60,456 bases of DNA from contig JNEM01013504.1 in the NCBI GenBank assembly GCA_000697335.1, positions 1 to 60,456 of the forward strand, read 5' to 3'. Below are positions 26,597 to 40,146 of this stretch, piece by piece. Below the pieces are notes generated by a model. That model had not been told where the DNA came from and did not search any database. It saw only the letters and a program-made list of their open reading frames with translations. The stretch is from Conidiobolus incongruus B7586. Taxonomy: Eukaryota. Both the position numbers and the translations under genes were made by a program. Numbering within the stretch: position 1 is the stretch's first letter; each line of letters starts with the position of its first letter.

Positions 26597-29111
26597 ATGG
26601 CTGAAAAATTAAATAATAACGAATCGAGTTTTGAAGCCGATTCCGACGAAGTTATATTAATTCCTCAGGTATTAAAATTGCCTATAGGTTATAATAAAAT
26701 CATTAACAGTATTTTATAGAGCTCCACTTTAAAAACACCGGAAAAGAGAAGAAGCAATGTAACTCCTAAAAGAAAATATTTAAGGTAAATAATAAATTGA
26801 AATAAAAATAAAGATATTCACTCAATTGGTTAAAGTCCTACCAATTTTTATCATAATGATTTAAATAGACCTAAAGTGAAAGCTACTTCTCTACAACCGA
26901 TTTTAGAGAATAAGACCACTTTACACAATCAATTTTCAAGTATGTTTAATTATTACAATATACTTTTTATTATTCTAATTTATATATTTTATAAATAGAT
27001 AATAATTCTAACAGACTGGTAATTTCTCTTAATTTTATTTATTTAAAAACATTATATTTATTATTCTATACAGCAAATGCCTTTCAAATCTACGAGTACA
27101 CTAAGTAACAATATGTATTCAGTCACGAATAGTTCAAGTACAAAGAGGACGATATCAGCGGGTAGTCAAACATCCAATAAAAAATCCAATTTAGTGGCTC
27201 ATATGAAGACGAAGGCGGAATCCAATCAATTTTGCATCACTTATGATGTTGACAAAATTATGATTGGCGCAAAGTTGACACCTCAGTATTTGGGCCTCAT
27301 ACAGTTGAAATTCATTGACAATGAATTTCGATTGATGAAAACCACCGATAAATCCCATCATCATGGTGACGATGTGGTCATTAAAGCGAGCCATTTTGAT
27401 AAGTTCTTTGTACATTTGAGTCCTCCTCTCATCTGTATGTTTTTAACCAAATGTCCAAAACATTTTCCTAATGCATCCGAAGTAAGAGGTAAGTATTGCT
27501 CTCGTCATTATGAGCGTTGACTAATATAGATTCATAGTTCATTCTCTAGATCCGGACAAACGACGAGTTATCTTTTTCTTAGAAAGAAATTCTAAATTGG
27601 ACGATGTAATCTCTGCCAAGTTTAGGAATATATTTTCCAAATACTGGATTGATAGTGATTTTAATGAGTTTATTATTAAATCAGTTGGCATTACGCAACC
27701 AAGTAACCATAATTCACCTAGCAGCCCTTCCCACCACGACAATATTATATTCAACTATCTTGAGTCAGGAAATCATCACATCAATTTGGAATCTTCACAG
27801 AGCCAAAATCAAACTAACACAGTGGTTGAAATCCATTCCTCTCCAGAAATATCAGTTGAAAATTCTGGTGACAAACATCTCTCAGAAGTTGATATTGAAA
27901 ACTCTACTAACTCTCCAGCTCAAGAATCAAGTCCCAAACACCAAAACGATTTGCTCCGCTTTGACACTCATCAAAACGAAGTGAATGAAAATACAAAAAA
28001 CACACACTCATCTTCAATCCCATCTGCCTATACAATATTGGAAAAATCATTCATCAATATGAAAACAGAATCATCGATCTATGATCCCAGCAATCTCTCT
28101 CCAACTCTATCGTCAAGTGCCAACAAAGTATCAACAACGCCCACTAAAGCTACGAGGGGTGAAACACGACCCCCATCGCCCGATTTCGACCCCGAAATGA
28201 CGAGATGGATTTCTGAATTTAGTAATTCGGACAATGTACTTACTCATCAATTTTCTAATAACAAATCCATAACAATTCATGGGGACGATCTTTCCAGACT
28301 CAAATCTGGTATCTTTTTAAACGACACGCTTATCGAATTTTACTCGCAATGGATTTTGACGAAACGTATTGAAGAAATACCAGAGTTAAAGGATCAAGCG
28401 TATATATTTAACACTTTCTTCTATACATTTATCCAGAAGGGAAACTTTGAAAGGCTCAGGAAATGGATATCCAAAGTAGATTTATTTAACAAGGAGTACG
28501 TGTTCATTCCCATTAATGAGAATTTCCACTGGTATGTAGCACTTATTTGTCACTTACCCAATTTCAATCCATTTGAAAGTATTCCAACCATCAAGTCAGA
28601 TTCTAAATCCAAAGAGCCTACACCCACCCAATATCCCACTATTTTCATATTCGACTCGCTCAAACTCCGGCATCCTAAAACTTTCGAGCAGTTGGATAAA
28701 TTCCTTCTGGAGGAATACAAAATTCGCCATCCTGACAAATTCACCGATGTCGATGAGTCCAAATTTGAAAATACTAAACTAACCCAACATTACTATGCGA
28801 AAGTAGTGGGCCAAAACAACTACAGCGACTGTGGTGTCTACCTCCTATACTATCTTAAGAATTTCTTCCAAAATCCGTCAGCCCAGCGTGACTCCATTTG
28901 CACGGACAAGTCTATCAAACTTGAAATGAAGCCCAACATGAAAATTATGCGTCGCGAAATCCTCTCCACCATTCACCAGTTGTTCCTATCGCGCGACTGT
29001 CCCAACCTCCTGGAGACCGTAGACGATTTGGACTCGAGCCAATTCGACATCGGTAAATCCAACGAAGCTAACGATGATAATAATGACGATTTAATCATTG
29101 AAGAATCTTAA
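26597..29111 (+). CDS. Ulp2/SENP6-7-like SUMO protease (peptidase C48), multi-exon with a 20-nt micro-exon near 26999-27018
   Basis: DLSRLKSGIFLNDTLIEFY, IFNTFFY, FIPINENFHWY (His), IFDSL (Asp) and QNNYSDCGVY (Cys). Long S/N-rich N-terminus. The 5' exons were inferred from GT-AG sites. Confidence 0.85.
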
Positions 29112-29887
29112 TTATTAACAATGTAACAATAATTATAATATAGCAAACATTATATATTCTGAAATAACCTTTAATTGGTTTATATTTTGATATATTTTAT
29201 TTTATAATCCGTTGAAATTATTATTGCCTATAATTTCAATATGGATCTTTAATGATGCATATTTAGGACATAAATCTAGTAATCTATGTTAATTGTGGTT
29301 ACTTTGAGTTTTAAAATTGACTTTAGTTCCAAATTTGAACGTTTTTTAAATTTCTTATTTTCTATAATTGTTAACAAAATACTGCGAAATTCCAAATTTA
29401 GTATCATTATTTCTATCTGTTTGATCTAGCTTAATTTTAAAGTGATTTGTTATAGTTTGAATTATAGGTATTTATTTTAACATATTACATATTATTACCA
29501 GATAAAAAATTTGAATATAATTTTGATTTGAATTGATATTATTTTGAATTGTAACGATTTTATTTTTGAATATGATTATTGATTGATTAGAGGGTATATG
29601 AAGTCGATGTAGCTATTTGAGTTTAACTATCGTATATATAGTAATGGAGTTGACTAAATGATATATTAAATATTTTATTTATAATTATATATACATTATC
29701 TTTCAATTAGTATTTAATAAATTATTTTTACAATTACTGAATTAATAATAATTTGTCATCGAACAATGAAATTCCTAGAAAACCATAAAAATTCAATTCA
29801 GTGAAATCACCATAAATATCCAATTAGTTGGACTAGTAATCTCAGAATCTCTCTCTTTCTTATTAATAATAAAATTAATAATAAAAA

Positions 29888-32394
29888 ATGGAACAGTTAT
29901 TTGATACAAATTTACCCGATAGTAGCTTCGATTCTACTTGGAATTTTTTAGAACCTAGGTTGGATTTTGTACTTCAAGAAACTGAAAAAGGCTTAAGTTA
30001 TGCTCATTATATGAGTATTTATACGTAATTTAAATTATTCATCCAATATTATATTCTATTAAATATGTTAAATTTAGTGCTATTTATAACCACTGTTTGA
30101 AGAGTAATAAAGATCAAACTGGTAACTAAAATAAATAATTATAGAATTTATCTATTAGTTTACAAAAAATTAATCAAATTTATAGCTCAATTAGAAGAAA
30201 TGACGACTAATCAGGATTCCTTATATCATCGTTTACAAGAATTTTTAAAAAATCACGTAGTTAACTTACGATATGTAACATATATATCAAATTCAAATTG
30301 AATACATTTAAACTTATTCTATTGGGCTTTTTAGACTGAGAATAATACTTTAAACGAGAGTTTATTGATTCATTATAAGAATAACTGGGATAAATTTACT
30401 ATGGCTGCTAAAACAATTCATAATATGTTTGGATATATGAATAAACAGAGTTATAGAAGGAATACAGCTGGAAATGGATTTCATGACGTTTATACTGTAA
30501 GTTTGCTTTTTTCATTATATATTCAATATCACTTATTTAATAATTTTAGCTCGCTTTAAATTGTTGGAAAGAGAATATCTTTACACAAAGCTCTGAAGCT
30601 TTAACTAAAACTATGTTGAATATGATTGAAAGGCAGAGAAATGGTGAAATTATTGATCATAATTTGATTAAAGTTACTCTGGACTCTTACGTCACTCTTG
30701 GTTTCGAAGTGTCTACCCGCGTTGACGCTACTTTGAATATTTATAAGGAAAGTTTCCAAAATGATTTTTTGAAACAGACCGAAGAATACTACTCTCGTCA
30801 CGCTAAAGCTTTTCTCTCTGATCACACTATTCCTGAATATGTCGACCATGCTCTCAAATGCATTAAGGATGAGAACGATCGCTTGGCAAGTTACCTTCAT
30901 CACTCTTCTACTACGCCTTTGATTGAAGTATGTCATGAACAACTCATCAAGAACTATGCTCCTCTCATTCAAGAAGAATTTCAGACTCTACTGGATAATG
31001 AACGTCGTTCCGATATGTCCAAAGTTATTAGTTTACTCAATATGATTCCTGGTGGTACCGATCCTTTGAAGGTCAAATTTGAACAGCATGTCAAATTGTT
31101 CGGTTTACAGAGCATTGAACAATTAGTTAACAACGCTAAAGAAACTGTCGATCCCAAGGAATACATTGACTGCTTACTCTTCACCCAAAAGAAATTCTCC
31201 AATTTGGTTAATGAAGCCTTCAACAACGATCCTGGATTCATTGCATCTTTGGATAAGGCCTGCAGTGAATTGGTTAACCGCAACAAGCTCACCCAAAAAG
31301 AAGGAGTTACCAAGTCTTCAGAACTCTTGGCTCGTTACTGTGATGCTGCTCTCCGTAAAGGTTCTAAGATGACTGAAGAGAGCGACTTGGAACAATTGTT
31401 AAAAGATGCTATGACTATCTTCAGATACATCGAAGATCAAGATGTCTTTCAGAAATTCTACTCTAGAATGTTGGCCAAGCGTCTCGTCAATGGTACTTCA
31501 TCATCCGAAGACGGTGAAATCAACATGATCTCCAAGCTTAAGGACTCATGTGGTCAAGAATACACTTATAAGCTCCAAAAAATGTTCACCGATGTTGGAT
31601 CCAGCAAAGATCTCAACGAAACCTTCTTCAACCAGCTCTTTAACCAAGATCTCAAGGATTCCGACATTGATTTCTACACAATGGTAATCAGTTTTGCCTC
31701 CTGGCCGCTCACCTCAACTACTACAAACTTTACCCTTCCTGCAGGTCTTACCACCTATCATGAAAGATTCCAAAGATTCTACACGCATCAATATAATGGC
31801 AGAAAGCTGAACTGGCTTTACCACTTGTGTAAGGGTGAAATCAAGGCTCAGTACGCTCACTCCAAAATCCCATACACCTTTATTGTATCTACCTACCAAA
31901 TGGCCATCCTGATCCTCTTCAACGATCTTGACAGCATATCTTACGAATCGCTCCGCGAGCGCACGCAACTCGAAGAGGATGTTCTCAATGGACAGCTCGG
32001 CATTCTTATCAAAGCCAAGATCCTTCTCCTGTCCCAGGGCAGCAAGGTAGGCGAAGCCAACTCCGTGTACTCCTTCAACCCCGACTTCAAGAGCAAGAAG
32101 ATCCGTGTGAATCTCAATCTCCCCGTGAAGAGCGAAGTCAAGCAAGAGACCGAAGATACACACCAGTCCATCAATGAAGATCGCAAGCTGTATATCCAAG
32201 CAGCTATTGTCCGAGTGATGAAGACGCGCAAGACTCTACTCTATGTCAAACTGGTGCAAGAAGTGTTGCAGCAAATCTCCACTCATTTCAAACCCCAAGT
32301 AGCTGACATTAAAAAATCCATCGACGTTTTGATTGAGAAGGAGTACATTGAAAGAGACACCGAGGATAAGAATACCTTGAAATACCTAGCTTAA
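29888..32394 (+). CDS. CUL1: Cullin-1 (SCF scaffold): four short 5' exons and one long 3' exon
   Basis: YMSIYT|AIYNHC Skp1-binding helix, KSSELLARYCD, DVFQKFYSRMLAKRL, GRKLNWL, neddylation motif IQAAIVRVMKTRK, and C-terminal LIEKEYIER...YLA. Confidence 0.93.
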
Positions 32395-34371
32395 AAACTA
32401 AATATTAATCCATCTTTTATTATTGTTATTAATTTAAAATTTGATATATTTTATTATGTATTTTAAATAGGGAAAATTTTAAATTTTTTAATTTTTAATT
32501 TTTAATATATCAAAATTTAATTTAATATTGATGATCATTGATTTTTCAATATTTCTTTATTAAATATCAATAAAAATTTTTCACAAAATTGAATAATTTT
32601 AGTTTAATTAATATTAGATTTTTAATTTTGATATTATTGTAAAATGTAAGTATTTCTGATTTATATGATGTTTATTTGAATTTGAATTCATAAAATTAAC
32701 ATTTGATCTAGTTATCATTCATGATGAGATGATCTAATATCGATCATTTTAAACCGTAATATACATTACTAATCTTTAATAAATTATTTATTATAATCAA
32801 ATCTTAAACTCTAATTTTGATAATTTGAGCCTAATTTATATTGATATTCAATATATAAAATAAATTAAAAATTCAAAATTAAAATATATTATCAGTATTT
32901 GAATAATTTTACAGATGATAATAAGATATATAAATGAGGCGACTACATTGTGATGTTCATCTTGATGACTTTAATTGCAGAAACGATTAAATTTAATTTA
33001 TAAAAAACATATCATTAAATTCTGTATAATATTTTAAGTATCATGAATTTAACAAATCGAAAGAGTAGTATCCTATGTTGTAAATTATATATTATCATGG
33101 GATTATTGATAAAAGAATAAATATTTTGATGCCATATTATTTTTGAATTTGATTTTTAATGTTTTAAAATTCAGCATTATACTAATATTATCTAATATAT
33201 CTATTCAACCAAAACTACACCTTTTATCACGTTGACATTATTTAAATATTTAGTATATATTATTATATTATCCCAAACTTGAGGTATAAAATTTAATCAT
33301 TATTCGAATAATTATTCATTTATATAGATGAGTTGATAGTTGATATTAGTTAAGTTTTTTGATTGTATAATAGTTTCAAATTCTACAAATTTATCTAGTT
33401 CGATTTATTACTAATATATATTTATTCAAAATATCATTGATTAAATTTAAATAAATTCATAATGATTGAAGAGTATTGTGGATTTTATTTAATTTTGAGT
33501 ATTTTATATACTTTTTACCAAGGAAAGGCATATAGTCAATCTAATGTTTATCCAATATTTCACATAATGTAACAATCAAATGATTCAAACATAAAAATAT
33601 TTTAATTTCCTGATAAAGAATGCTTACCTTAATAGTAGCATTCCAAATCTATTAAAGGAAAAAACATGAAATATAAAACAATTAAAACTATAACTAACAT
33701 TGAAATTACCTTTATATGATTATTATTTTAGAGTTAAAGATAACGGATTTACCTAAGATAAAAACTGACCATTTCTTGATTTTATTTCAATATATTTAAA
33801 TCCTTTGAATTATCCATTAATTAATAATTTATTATTAAATTATTAATATAATTGAGAACTGTGTTGATTTGATTTGCCACCAGTATAATTTACAAAGTTT
33901 GAGTTTTATAGTTAATCATTTATAATTCACCATTATATTAGTTCACAAGTGAAACTTTGTATCTAAGTAGTTTTAATCCAAAATACATCAATCTATTTTT
34001 TGATATATAGAATGTTAGTAGAAATTGATAACAATTGTATTGGTTTAAAATGATTTAGCTGAGATATTGGTTAGATATTACAGGGTTGCATTCATAAAAA
34101 TAGATTTTCCAATTTAATAAATTGAAAAATTCAATTAATCAAATGATTTTAATTGTTTTTCCTCCAATTATTGCAAAATCAAATGGTCGCTACATTGTGA
34201 TATCCATTATGTTCCCAAAGATGACGTTAGTATCCAAGATATTGTTTGCTTGTTTTAGAGTTTAGATGCGAAACTAGTGTTAGATCTTGAATAGTATAAA
34301 TATCAGCCATCATCCATTAAAATCTTAATTAAAAATATTAAAATAATTTAGATTTGCTTTAAACAAAAATA

Positions 34372-35262
34372 ATGATTAATAGTGTGACTCACAGTTATAA
34401 AGATCTAATCTTATCAGAGTGGTACCCCCAACTCATCAGCTTAAAAGCTCCATTTGTATTAGGTATTGCTTATCTACTCGTCGTCAAGTCATGGGCTGCT
34501 CATAACGCCAAGAAGTATAAGGATGTCAAGCCACCCAAGAGTGGACCTACTTTGACATTCTTTGCAGCTCTCCACAATTTTTTGCTTCTGGTATTCTCAT
34601 TCCTTACTTTTATCCATACTGCTCCTGTTATGTTTCGATTATTCAAGACCCAAGGATTGGATAATACATTATGTGATATAAATCAAAATGCTTGGAATAA
34701 TGGATTATTCTACTGGGGTTGGTTATTTTATCTGAGTAAATATTACGAATTTATCGATACTCTGATTATCCTGGTTAAAGGTAAAACTATTCTTAAAATA
34801 TTCTGATGGTATTATATGATTCTAACAATATGGTCAATTTACGCTTCAATAGGTAGAGTACCCATGTTCTTACAGACTTATCACCATACTGGCGCAATTT
34901 TTGGCATGTGGGCATTAATTGCATCCGAATCCAACGTTACTTGGATTTTCGTATGCTTGAATTCTTTCATTCATACCATTATGTATTTTTATTATCTCAT
35001 GACCACTATTAATATTCGTCCTCCTGGTAAGCAAATTATTACCTACTTGCAGATGATTCAATTTGTTACTGGCAATACTATTGCTTTCTATACTTTAAGC
35101 TTGGATAACTGTATGACATCATTCAGTCGTTTTGCATGTTGGTTCAATTTGGCTTATGTTACTCCTTTATTATATTTGTTCGCTCAATTTGCTAAGAAGG
35201 CATATTTTAAACCTAAAAACAATAGTGAATTAAAAGGTGATAATAAGGGAAAGAAAGAATAA
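34372..35262 (+). CDS. Fatty-acid elongase (GNS1/SUR4/ELO family), 2 exons (intron 34781-34852)
   Basis: HNFLL, FYLSKYYEFIDT, KG|R, FLQTYHH, NSFIHTIMYFYY, ITYLQMIQF and a C-terminal di-lysine-like KGKKE. Confidence 0.93.
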
Positions 35263-35465
35263 TATTATCATTGAATAAATTATATATTTTATCTTTTTGA
35301 ACATTTCTTTATTTAACCTTGGAATATTTTTATATTGAAACAGAATTGGGATATTTATCCCATAAATGAAAAATCTAATAATTAATTATTAAAATGATAT
35401 AAGTTAGAGGTCATAAAAATTTAAATTCTTCAAAAGCTGAAAATAAAAAATATCAATTTTTAATA

Positions 35466-36451
35466 ATGTCTTCAAATCCATCCCAAACTAATTCACCATC
35501 ACAATGGTCATCCAATGCATCAGAATTAGAAACAAATAGTATTGCAACGAGAAATTCCAAAGTAAATTCGCTTAGGTATAGACCTTCGCCACCCAGTAAA
35601 AAGAAGAAAACTTATGATTTATCAGACTCGGAAGAAAGTGAATTGACTATTTTAGATTCAGAAAGTGACAGTAATTCATTTTTTTAGTATTTAAATTATA
35701 AATTATTAATTTCAAAAATTAGATGAAAAATTAAGTCAATTATCAGATAATGAAGAAAATAAAAATACCCCTAATCAAAATATCAATTTTGAAAGTTTAA
35801 CGAGACGTCAAAAGGCGAAATATTTAGAAGATTATCAAGTTGAATTTTTAGAATTACCAACTGGTAATATTAATTAATATAAAATTTATTCAGTTTTAAT
35901 ATATACTATTTTATCAGAATCTAAAAAATCTAAATTAACACCTGAAGAAATTGAATCACGTAAAGCTGAATTATCTAGAAGGAGAAGACATCAAAGTCAA
36001 CAAAGAGCAGAAGAAGAAAAGGTAATTTCATTTTTTTTAATTAAATATAATTTATTAATCTTAAATAAATTTAGAATGCTGTTATTAGCAGATTATTAAA
36101 GAAACAAGCTACTAAGAAATCTAAAAAAGATAAAGAAATCGTTCCAGAAACTGAGACTGAACCATTACCTCCAACTAATATTTTATATAAGAATTATGAA
36201 AATGGTCTAGCTTTATTATCATTTCCACAAGCTGATCAATTTAAATTAGATACTAGTCGTCCTGAGTAATTTTAACGTTTTTTATTACTAACAAATATAT
36301 ATTAATATTTAATTATTTGTATAGAAAAAGAACAAAAATACCTAAGTGCCAAGCACCAGGATGTAAACTACCAAAAAAATATTGCAATCCGAAGGATAAC
36401 AAATTCAGTTGTAGTTTAGAACATTATAAATTATTATTAAACCAAAAATAA
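35466..36451 (+). CDS. IES2: INO80 complex subunit B / Ies2 (PAPA-1 domain, HIT-like C-terminal zinc finger), 5 exons
   Basis: Spliced LTRRQKAK, LTPEEIESRKAELSRRRRHQSQQRAEEEK|NAVISRLLKKQ and CQAPGC..PKKY...CSLEHYK. Confidence 0.85.
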
Positions 36452-36678
36452 TAGTAATAAACTCAATTTATTATTTTCATTTTTATTATTCCAACTACTT
36501 CATTTTGGTTTTTGATCTAAATAAATCTCCAAAAATTTCAAGAATTATTTACTGGAAATGTTAATTCCCCTCGTTCCCCTTGACACATATACATTGCATT
36601 TAATTATACAGTTTTATATTGAGATCATTATATAAATGATTCAAGTCACTAAAAATATTTGGTATTCAAAAATAAAAA

Positions 36679-37479
36679 ATGAATAATAATGAAAATACAG
36701 ATTTTCTTACTCGACATAATACTGTTGATGATATAGGGTCTGATAATGGCAGTAGTACTTTTGAAGATATTGGAACCAATATTAATAACAATACTCGAAC
36801 AGATAATGAATCACAAGATTCTAACAATATTATATCAACCAATACAGAATCCCAAAATAATAAAAACAATACATCAGTCAAAGAAGTTAAATTAACTTAC
36901 TATTGGCAAGTACGCGAATCAGACTATTCAACATCCAAATTTTCAGGAAATACTACCGATATATATACATGTGATAATAAGCATATTAAAAAAGTGAATA
37001 CCGAATTCTACAACAATTTACACGTCGAAGGTAGTGCACTACTAACCGATGGTCGATATGTCAATTGCAATAACGACAATTGCACATGCTTCAAATTAAC
37101 CCAATACCCTATAGGAAATCATCAAAATCCGTTAAATTTCGCATCTTCAGTAGCTAGTAGAACTTGGGAGTTTGGCCAAAAACTAGTGATTAAAGAATTC
37201 GTCAATTTAACATTGGCAAATGGAGAAGTTCATAACGGATGCTTTATCGTCGACGATACCGGTTATAGTTTGGGGCCTAATCATCTTGATTTGTATGTTG
37301 TCACTAAAGAAGCTTATCAATGGCTGGACAACAAATTAAATTTGGATAAGGTTCACATTGCATTAAACTCAAATTGTCAGGTTAAAAAGTATAAGGTAAG
37401 TGACTCTCAATTCACTTTCCAGATGAACCAATCCTTGTTTTTCACTATAATAATAATTTGGTTTTTCAAATTTCTATGA
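36679..37479 (+). CDS. 3D-domain (MltA/DPBB-like) protein with N/T/S/D-rich N-terminus and hydrophobic C-terminal tail, intronless
   Basis: LTYYW, EGSALLTDGRYVN, GQKLVIKEF and HNGCFIVDDTG...HLDLYV match the 3D-domain pattern DTG...xDLY. Confidence 0.65.
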   Translation: MNNNENTDFLTRHNTVDDIGSDNGSSTFEDIGTNINNNTRTDNESQDSNNIISTNTESQNNKNNTSVKEVKLTYYWQVRESDYSTSKFSGNTTDIYTCDNKHIKKVNTEFYNNLHVEGSALLTDGRYVNCNNDNCTCFKLTQYPIGNHQNPLNFASSVASRTWEFGQKLVIKEFVNLTLANGEVHNGCFIVDDTGYSLGPNHLDLYVVTKEAYQWLDNKLNLDKVHIALNSNCQVKKYKVSDSQFTFQMNQSLFFTIIIIWFFKFL

Positions 37480-38249
37480 TTTATTTAATAAGAATAAATA
37501 ATATGATCACAAGTATTTGGTAAAATTGAAATTATAAACTAGTTTAATTTACGTTGTTTATTTTTACAGATTGTTTGTTAATTAATTTTAATTAATTGAA
37601 TTGATTCTTGAAAAACAATTGAATTAAATTTAAATTTTTTGGAGGAGAATAGGGAGGGAGGGGGAGAGATGATCTGACACCAATCTTTACTTTTTACAAG
37701 ATGTTGAGGGGGTGTAGGAGAAAAGTGATTTGGGGGTCTAGAGAGTAGTTTAACTTGAATCCAACAGATTCTGAATTTTTGTTTTAAATTTGCCAAGTGT
37801 AGTTTGAAAAGTTGAAGACTCAAAGAGTAAGTTTCAATGTTAGCCATTAATATAAATAATTATGCTAATTAAGTCAGTCTCTATAATATTAAATATCAAA
37901 CAATTACACATAAGATGACATTAATTAAACTATAACTGATTATAGTAATTTATTTAACAATAAAGTATGAATTTTAATTAATTATCTAATTTAATTGATT
38001 GAAGCCCAACTACATGATGAATTGCTCATTTTATAAAAAACAATAATTAGCCAAAATTTTTGGATTGAATATGGTTATATTTGTCGTAGCTAATTATGAA
38101 CATATATCAATAATAATATTTCTTTTTAATAGGTAAAATAAATGAATCCTTGGGAGATGATTTAGCAAGAATTAAATACTTCAATTTTAATACTCTCCCT
38201 CAAACCCTTACAATTGACCAACCCCTTAATTTCTTACTAACTTTACCAA

Positions 38250-38950
38250 AATTCACTCCTTGATAAGTTTAAAAATTGATATAAACCTTCAATTCACAGT
38301 CATATTCTCCTTATTAAATCTGAATGTTTATCAATCTTTCAAATTGGAATTATATTTATTAATCTCCACGAATATTTTAAGAGATTTTCAAATTATATAT
38401 ACTCTGCTTTAAGATTCCGATTTTTCAAAAGTTAGTTTATCAAAAAAATGATGGATTCTCACTCATGTCAAAAGTTATTTTTAGATAATTGGTATTCTGC
38501 TCTAGTGTCAATATAGACTTGATACCTGATATCAACAAGCATTTCATTACTTTGAATTGGTTGAATTTCCACTCTCCTATTTGATTGAACTAATTTTTGT
38601 CAGATTTAGCAATGGATCAGATATTGAAAGATCTTATAAGTTATTCAGCAATTTTTATGGTGAATATCTAGTGTCACTCTGAAACGATGTTTCTTTGATA
38701 TGGGATTGAAAACTACTACAAAATCAAATACTTCCAAATTATTTCAACTTATTTTTCTCTAATAAATTGGTACTTTATTCAAAATAATACTTTTAAGCTT
38801 TTTAAAAACTTTTCAGTATTATTCAATCAAACTAGAATAAGACGTTATTAATAGGATTAATGATATAATTTCAAAATACGCTGATGCTAGATCTTCTTTT
38901 TTGGGATATCAGATAAATCTTTAAATTAATTTAAATAAGAATAAGTTCAA
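38250..38950 (-). pseudogene. Possible decayed leucine-rich-repeat-type gene remnant
   Basis: Stop-interrupted, protein-like fragments (KKLKSIILNKVPIY, NNLEVFDF, KYNSNLKD). Boundaries are approximate. Confidence 0.2.
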
Positions 38951-40146
38951 AATTTCTGCACTAGATTTAAAAATAAATTTATTTATCAAGATTATGTTTA
39001 TTGACTAATGGTATTGTTGCAAAGAATTGAGAGGATGTGATTTGAATCCAAACGTTTTAGAAAAAATTTCACATGACTGTTTCTGAAGCCTTGTACCCAA
39101 TCAATATGCGTTACCAAGACATCTGCCCAATAGTAGTGTGCCTAGTGGTCGACTCTAGAAAAGGTACTACATTTTTTAGGAACCTCAAACACTCATGAAG
39201 TAGGATCATTTATTCTTTGAACAAATCAACAAATGAACGATTGAAAATAGTTTAATCCAACAATATAGTAAACTCATCTTGTTGAGCCAGTTAAAATGAT
39301 GGAAACTTTAAATAAACTTGATTATGCTAAGAGTTTGATAGATAAATAACAATTAAATCCATTTAACTCGATTGAATCTGGTGAAGTAAAATAAAAAAAG
39401 TTGGAGTTAGAAGAGTATGAAAATTAAAAGAAATGTGTGGAATGGATTGATATGTAAAATTAATGGATGACCAATAATTACTAATTGGGCAATTCGTAGG
39501 CTGTGCAATATGTATTTTGATTGAGTTGGATGTTAAAATGGTGATAGGATGTCTTAATGGATGCTAATAATTAAAGAGAGCAATTTGATGTAATATTAGA
39601 GAGGAAAAAAGGAAAATTAATAGTTTGATTCCATTTTTGAGGATCAATAATTGAACTACTACAAATTATGAGACAATTGTGCACGCGAACAAGAAAATTG
39701 AAAGATAAACAATAGACAAAAAGTGAATAAAATTGATAATAAATAGGAAAAAAGAACTCTTGGAATTAATTAATTGAAGAATATTTTACTTAGTATTAAC
39801 CATTACTATTAAAGATACAAGGCAGCCTGAGAAAAGCAAACAACCAGATGAAATATGATAGCTATTCGAGATATGAGAGATAAAAATAACACAGTCAAAT
39901 AGAAGGAAGACAACAGGATTTACATCCAAAAGGGTTCGGCCTAAATATACCATGAGTTATGATCCATTAGTAGACGAAGACAGGATAAATATGATAGGTA
40001 GCAATTTTTACAAGTCTAAATAGGTGTGTAAGGGGTAAGAAAATAAGACCATCTTCGATACTTATTGGAAAGATAAACCATCGATATTGGAATATGAGAT
40101 GAGTCGTATTGCCTTTCAAAATATTAATAAACGATTGAAAGTCAAT

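Noticed and set aside
32943..34201. 12-mer CTACATTGTGAT repeated upstream of the elongase
   Set aside because: Only two copies 1.2 kb apart, with no further similarity or known motif.
37578..37847. 89-aa ORF and G-rich tract GGGAGGGAGGGGG (possible G-quadruplex)
   Set aside because: No recognisable domain, and only three adjacent G3+ tracts. I cannot support a gene or a G4, though the purine-skewed patch remains unexplained.
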